A stretch of 64,000 nucleotides of DNA, from contig DOZH01000005.1 of NCBI GenBank assembly GCA_003518105.1, positions 40,513-104,512 of the forward strand. Reading direction: 5' to 3'. The stretch's first letter is position 1, and every line of letters begins with the position of its first letter. Made by a program: the position numbers and the translations under genes. Shown here one piece after another: positions 60,226-64,000 of this stretch. This DNA comes from Candidatus Uhrbacteria bacterium. GTDB lineage: Bacteria; Patescibacteriota; Patescibacteriia; UBA9934. The notes beneath the pieces are model-generated. The model was not told where the DNA came from, did no database searches, and worked only from the letters and a program-made list of their open reading frames with translations.

Positions 60226-62569
60226 GAAATTAAATTTTTTACGAGTGAGCCACCTCTGGACGTCAGTCGCGTTCCTAATTCTGGCCGTCGCCATCCCGTT
60301 ACTCTATCTCCCATTTACCATCGAACCCCACGAACTCATCAAGCAAACCCTCCTCGTTCTTATCATCGTCCTCTCGAGCCTCACCTTGGTCGCCACCATC
60401 ATCCAAACTCGCACTCTCACTCTCCGTCGTGACTGGAGTTATTTATTGTTCGCCCTCCTCATCGTTTCTCTGCTCATCGCCCCCGGTCTCCGCGAGTCAC
60501 CTTTCTTGTCGTTAATGGGCCAAGCTGGGCAGGAATACACCAGCGTTCTCAGCTTTGTCATGTACGGCCTGCTCTTCTTCCTCGGTGCCGAATCACTCAA
60601 AACACCCGGTCAAATTAGCCGTCTTCTCTCAGCCCTCCTCATTGGCAGCGCCCTAATTTCCATACTCGCCATCCCAGCCTTCTTCGGTGCCACCTTCCCT
60701 CCACCCCTCATCGGCGGCGCCAACACTTTCGCCGTTTATCTCATTACGCTGATGACCCTCGGCCTTGGTCTGTGGTTGTTGGATCGCGCCGACGCCCCTC
60801 ACCCTATACTGCCGAGCGGTTTCTTCGGCCTCATCGTCCGCGCCTCTATTCTCATCACGAGTATAATTTCTTTCATCACTCTCCTCGCCCTCGACTACAG
60901 CCCCCTCTGGTTCTTGTCGATGATCGGCCTTGGCGCCCTCTTCCTCATCGCCTTCATTAAGCCAACTGAGTTCAAGTATCACGGTCGCTTTGTCCTACCC
61001 ATGCTTTTCTTCGGCTTAAGCCTCATCTTTATCTTCTTACCGAGCCCTATCAGCAGTCCCTTCGCCCCAGAAATAGCACCCACTCAATCCGCTAGTCTCG
61101 CCATCGCCACTAGCACTCTTAACGAGCATCTCCTCTTCGGCTCCGGCGCCGGCACTTACGGCTTCGATTACGCCGCCCATTCCTCACCATCGCTCAACTC
61201 TACAGCCTATTGGGACACCACTTTTTCCTCAGCTAATTCCTATTTCTTAACACTTCTCCCAACCGTCGGCCTCATTGGCACAGGTCTTTATCTGCTCATC
61301 TGCTTAATGATTTTGGCTGGTGCGATCATCGTACTCTTCCACGCTCGCCACATTGCTAATCGAACCATCATTATCGCGCCAATAACTGCCTGGCTCGTCC
61401 TCTTTAGCGCTCAGTTCTTAGTTTCTTCAAACATCACTCTCTCCGTCACGTTCTGGCTCCTTTCCGCCATTCTCGCCTCACTCTCAGTCAAAAAACTTTA
61501 CACCGTGTCCTTCGACCGGTCACCCCGCACCGGTCTCGCCGCTATTTTTCTTTCCGTCTGCGTCATCCTCGGCCTCTTCACCGCTCTGTTCGTCACCGCC
61601 TCCCGTTACCTTGCCGAGTTATCTTTTCAACGCGCTATCACTCTCAGTCAAACTGGTGGCAATCCTGATGACGTCATTGCGACTCTGGATCGCGCCGCCA
61701 TTCTTAACCGCTGGAACGACGTTTACTATCGCAATCTCGCCCACATTCTTCTGCAAAAAACCGCCATCGCCTTAAAACAACCAGACGTCGACCAAACCTA
61801 CATTCAGCAGCTCATCGGGTCGAGCGTCAATGCCGCCAAGCGTGCTACCGAACTTGCTCCAAGCAACGTCGCCAACTGGGTCATTCTCGGCGACACTTAC
61901 AAAGAAATCGCTCCAGCCATTCCAGAATCTGTTATCTTTGAACTCGCCGCTTACCAAAAAGCCCAAGTTCTCGCCCCCAGTAACCCACGCTATCTAGTCG
62001 ACGTGGCTCAGGCCCACCTCGCAGTTGCGGATGGTGCAGCAATCGTCATGGCCGGCTCTGACAAGGACCTCGCCGCCCAAGCCACTATCAATCGCGCCTC
62101 AGCCCTCGACTCTGCCCTAACTGCCTTACTCTCCGCCCAAAAACTTAAGCCAGATTACGCTCCAGCCGGTTACTACCTGGCTGGTGTCTACGAACGCCAA
62201 GGCAAATTAGCCGACGCCATTGCTGGCCTCGAAGCCATTCGCAATTCTAACCTAAACGACGTCGGAGTCGGCGTCCAGCTCGCCTTACTTTATCTCAAAC
62301 AAGGCAAAAATACTCTCGCTCAAGATGAACTAACTCGCGTGCTCGACATCAGTTCCGACTATGCGGACGCCCACTGGTATTTGGCCACCATTTTTGAGAA
62401 CCAAGGCGACCTTGAGCGCGCCATCATTCAGGTCGAAGCCGTAGCTGCCGCTAACCCAGACAATGAACTAGTAAAAACTCGTCTCTCCCGCCTCCGTCAA
62501 GGCCTGGCCGATAAACTTCTGCCACCGCCACTTGAGACTCCGACTACCGACGCCACGACTTCTCCATAA
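60224..62569 (+). CDS. Polytopic membrane protein (O-antigen ligase/Wzy-like core) with a C-terminal TPR region
   Basis: At least 10 hydrophobic segments. LLFGSGAGTYGFDY loop. C-terminal TPR-like repeats (YYLAGVYERQGKLADAI, HWYLATIFENQGDLERAI). Confidence 0.55.
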   Translation: MKLNFLRVSHLWTSVAFLILAVAIPLLYLPFTIEPHELIKQTLLVLIIVLSSLTLVATIIQTRTLTLRRDWSYLLFALLIVSLLIAPGLRESPFLSLMGQAGQEYTSVLSFVMYGLLFFLGAESLKTPGQISRLLSALLIGSALISILAIPAFFGATFPPPLIGGANTFAVYLITLMTLGLGLWLLDRADAPHPILPSGFFGLIVRASILITSIISFITLLALDYSPLWFLSMIGLGALFLIAFIKPTEFKYHGRFVLPMLFFGLSLIFIFLPSPISSPFAPEIAPTQSASLAIATSTLNEHLLFGSGAGTYGFDYAAHSSPSLNSTAYWDTTFSSANSYFLTLLPTVGLIGTGLYLLICLMILAGAIIVLFHARHIANRTIIIAPITAWLVLFSAQFLVSSNITLSVTFWLLSAILASLSVKKLYTVSFDRSPRTGLAAIFLSVCVILGLFTALFVTASRYLAELSFQRAITLSQTGGNPDDVIATLDRAAILNRWNDVYYRNLAHILLQKTAIALKQPDVDQTYIQQLIGSSVNAAKRATELAPSNVANWVILGDTYKEIAPAIPESVIFELAAYQKAQVLAPSNPRYLVDVAQAHLAVADGAAIVMAGSDKDLAAQATINRASALDSALTALLSAQKLKPDYAPAGYYLAGVYERQGKLADAIAGLEAIRNSNLNDVGVGVQLALLYLKQGKNTLAQDELTRVLDISSDYADAHWYLATIFENQGDLERAIIQVEAVAAANPDNELVKTRLSRLRQGLADKLLPPPLETPTTDATTSP

Positions 62570-62575
62570 CGAAGA

Positions 62576-62611
62576 AGTCCCCTCTCGCCACGCGGCGAAA
62601 GGGGACTTTTG
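62576..62611. terminator. Bidirectional hairpin terminator
   Basis: AGTCCCCTCTCGCC-acgc-GGCGAAAGGGGACT followed by TTTTG. Lies between convergent genes. Confidence 0.65.
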
Positions 62612-62642
62612 TTGTCAGCGCACGCTTGGGCGTCGCTGAGAA

Positions 62643-63854
62643 CTAGAACGAAGTTGCGAAGCTGATCGTCTGGTCGGAGAGCAGGAGTGTGGTGGTACCG
62701 AGACCGACGCCCAGGCCCGCGCAGGCGTAGAGCCCGATGGCCGTGTTGCCTTGGGCGCTCAGCTTGGCCATCGTCGCGTCGTAGGCCGTGTTCATATCAG
62801 CCTCACTGCTGAAGTTGTCGGTCAGGTTGCCCTCAGCGAAGGTCTGCTTGGCCTCCTTCACGCCCTGCATGTACAGGACGCTCTCGACCACTCCGCCAAC
62901 CAGACATCCACCACCAGCCGCAAAGCCAAGCACACTCGGCACCCGCGACTTCGGCTTGGCCTTGTTGATGCTGGAGGACATCAGCACGTTTGTGAGCGGC
63001 ACCGTCGGGTCGATCACCGGCGTGAACTTGGGCGCCAGCTCGACGACCACCGGATCAGGTGGCACGCCGCTGCCCAGGAGCATGACGGTCTTCGGCGTTA
63101 CGCTCCCGCTGTACCTGGCCTCGGGTGTGAAGTTGCAGACGGCCGAACCGTTCACCGCATCGACCACGGTGATACCGGTCACCTCCTTGGCCGCCTGCGT
63201 CAGCTCGTAGAAGTTCAGGTCATGGCCGGAGGCGTAGCGCGTGGCCAGCTTGTTGAACAACATGCTGCCATAGTTCGTGGCGCACAGGTCATTCGGCAGT
63301 TGGTCAGACCTGGTCGCCGTCAGCACGAACACATTGCTGCCCGGCAACGACGCTTCCAACCACTGGCTCGCATCCGGTCCGATCAGCGACTGCTGGCTAC
63401 CTGTCGTGACGCCATCAGTCATGCTGTTGCTGATCACGGCCACCCAGGCTTGGTTGCCTTGGACCGCCTTCATGATGTCGCTCGGCCGAAGCACTGTACT
63501 GACATCATCTGGGGTTGCTCCGGAAGGTACCAGGTACGGGTCGCCGAAATCTTGACCAACACCCAGCATGTCTACGTCCAAGATGACGTGACCATACTGC
63601 TTGGTCTGGCTGAGGCCGGCGAGTATGTTGCTCTTGGTCGCCTGCTCGCCGTCAATCAGCAGGAAGCCATCGGGCTGCCAGGTGTTGATGTTGCCGAGCG
63701 TGCTCTCATCGACGTGAGTTCGGCTGATGAGCACGATCACCGTCGCCTGACTCGGGCTGAGGTTCGGGTCGACCGGCTTGATCCAGGTGAGCGGGACATC
63801 GGCAGCCAGGGCCAACGAAGAAACGAGGGAACACATGAGAATGAACAGGTGCAT
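62643..63854 (-). CDS. Secreted hypothetical protein (GC-rich orphan)
   Basis: Signal peptide MHLFILMCSLVSSLALA. C-terminal Gly/Ala-rich hydrophobic region. GGAGTCCCCATG start context. Confidence 0.55.
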   Translation of the reverse strand: MHLFILMCSLVSSLALAADVPLTWIKPVDPNLSPSQATVIVLISRTHVDESTLGNINTWQPDGFLLIDGEQATKSNILAGLSQTKQYGHVILDVDMLGVGQDFGDPYLVPSGATPDDVSTVLRPSDIMKAVQGNQAWVAVISNSMTDGVTTGSQQSLIGPDASQWLEASLPGSNVFVLTATRSDQLPNDLCATNYGSMLFNKLATRYASGHDLNFYELTQAAKEVTGITVVDAVNGSAVCNFTPEARYSGSVTPKTVMLLGSGVPPDPVVVELAPKFTPVIDPTVPLTNVLMSSSINKAKPKSRVPSVLGFAAGGGCLVGGVVESVLYMQGVKEAKQTFAEGNLTDNFSSEADMNTAYDATMAKLSAQGNTAIGLYACAGLGVGLGTTTLLLSDQTISFATSF

Positions 63855-64000
63855 GGGGACTCCGGGGGTTGGTGGGGAAGTGATGTTGCCACGGCGGCAA
63901 CCACAAAAATTACCTCAAAACTTGGCTTTTGTCAAAGTTTTTGCTATTGTTCGGCCAGTTATTTATTGTTTCAGAATATGTTGAACGTCGGTATTGTCGG

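Noticed and set aside
1-64000. Scanned for CRISPR arrays, rRNA genes, prophage structural modules and reverse-transcriptase/retron loci.
   Set aside because: I found no regularly spaced direct repeats with unique spacers, no rRNA-like conserved stretches, no capsid, terminase or tail genes and no RT motifs (YxDD) in any ORF translation.

Overview
This is an origin-proximal bacterial chromosome segment: dnaA, a DnaA-box cluster and rpmH-rnpA-yidD sit at the left edge. It carries ordinary housekeeping genes (tig, pnp, rpsO, rpsT, polA, holA, comM-like, lspA, nfo, xerC/D-like, type II NADH dehydrogenase, rmuC, maf, four tRNAs) mixed with a lot of accessory material.

Main observations:
1. Six paralogous TrmB-family HTH regulators each sit divergently next to a visibly GC-richer cargo operon. 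Five of these operons encode SAM-using enzymes: three class I methyltransferases, a B12-binding radical SAM and a second radical SAM.
2. A conserved double-hairpin element of roughly 85 nt, with compensatory base changes, lies between the genes of those cargo operons (7 copies).
3. There are three families of tiny palindromic repeats. Two of them occur in-frame inside coding sequences (polA, holA, two giant surface-protein genes).
4. A two-copy structured element of about 113 nt shows helix-preserving covariation.
5. An IS3-family element with exact terminal inverted repeats and a 3-bp target duplication splits a methyltransferase/SDR-like fusion gene.
6. A five-gene secreted/surface-protein operon follows a 1.1-kb AT-rich non-coding tract that holds extra DnaA boxes, a perfect 28-bp palindrome and two identical inverted-repeat operator candidates.

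HigBA, a MazF-type pair, Fic and an AIPR-like gene are also present. I saw no CRISPR array or rRNA. Every call rests on reading the sequence and the ORF translations; no database search or computed statistic was available, and GC statements are by eye.
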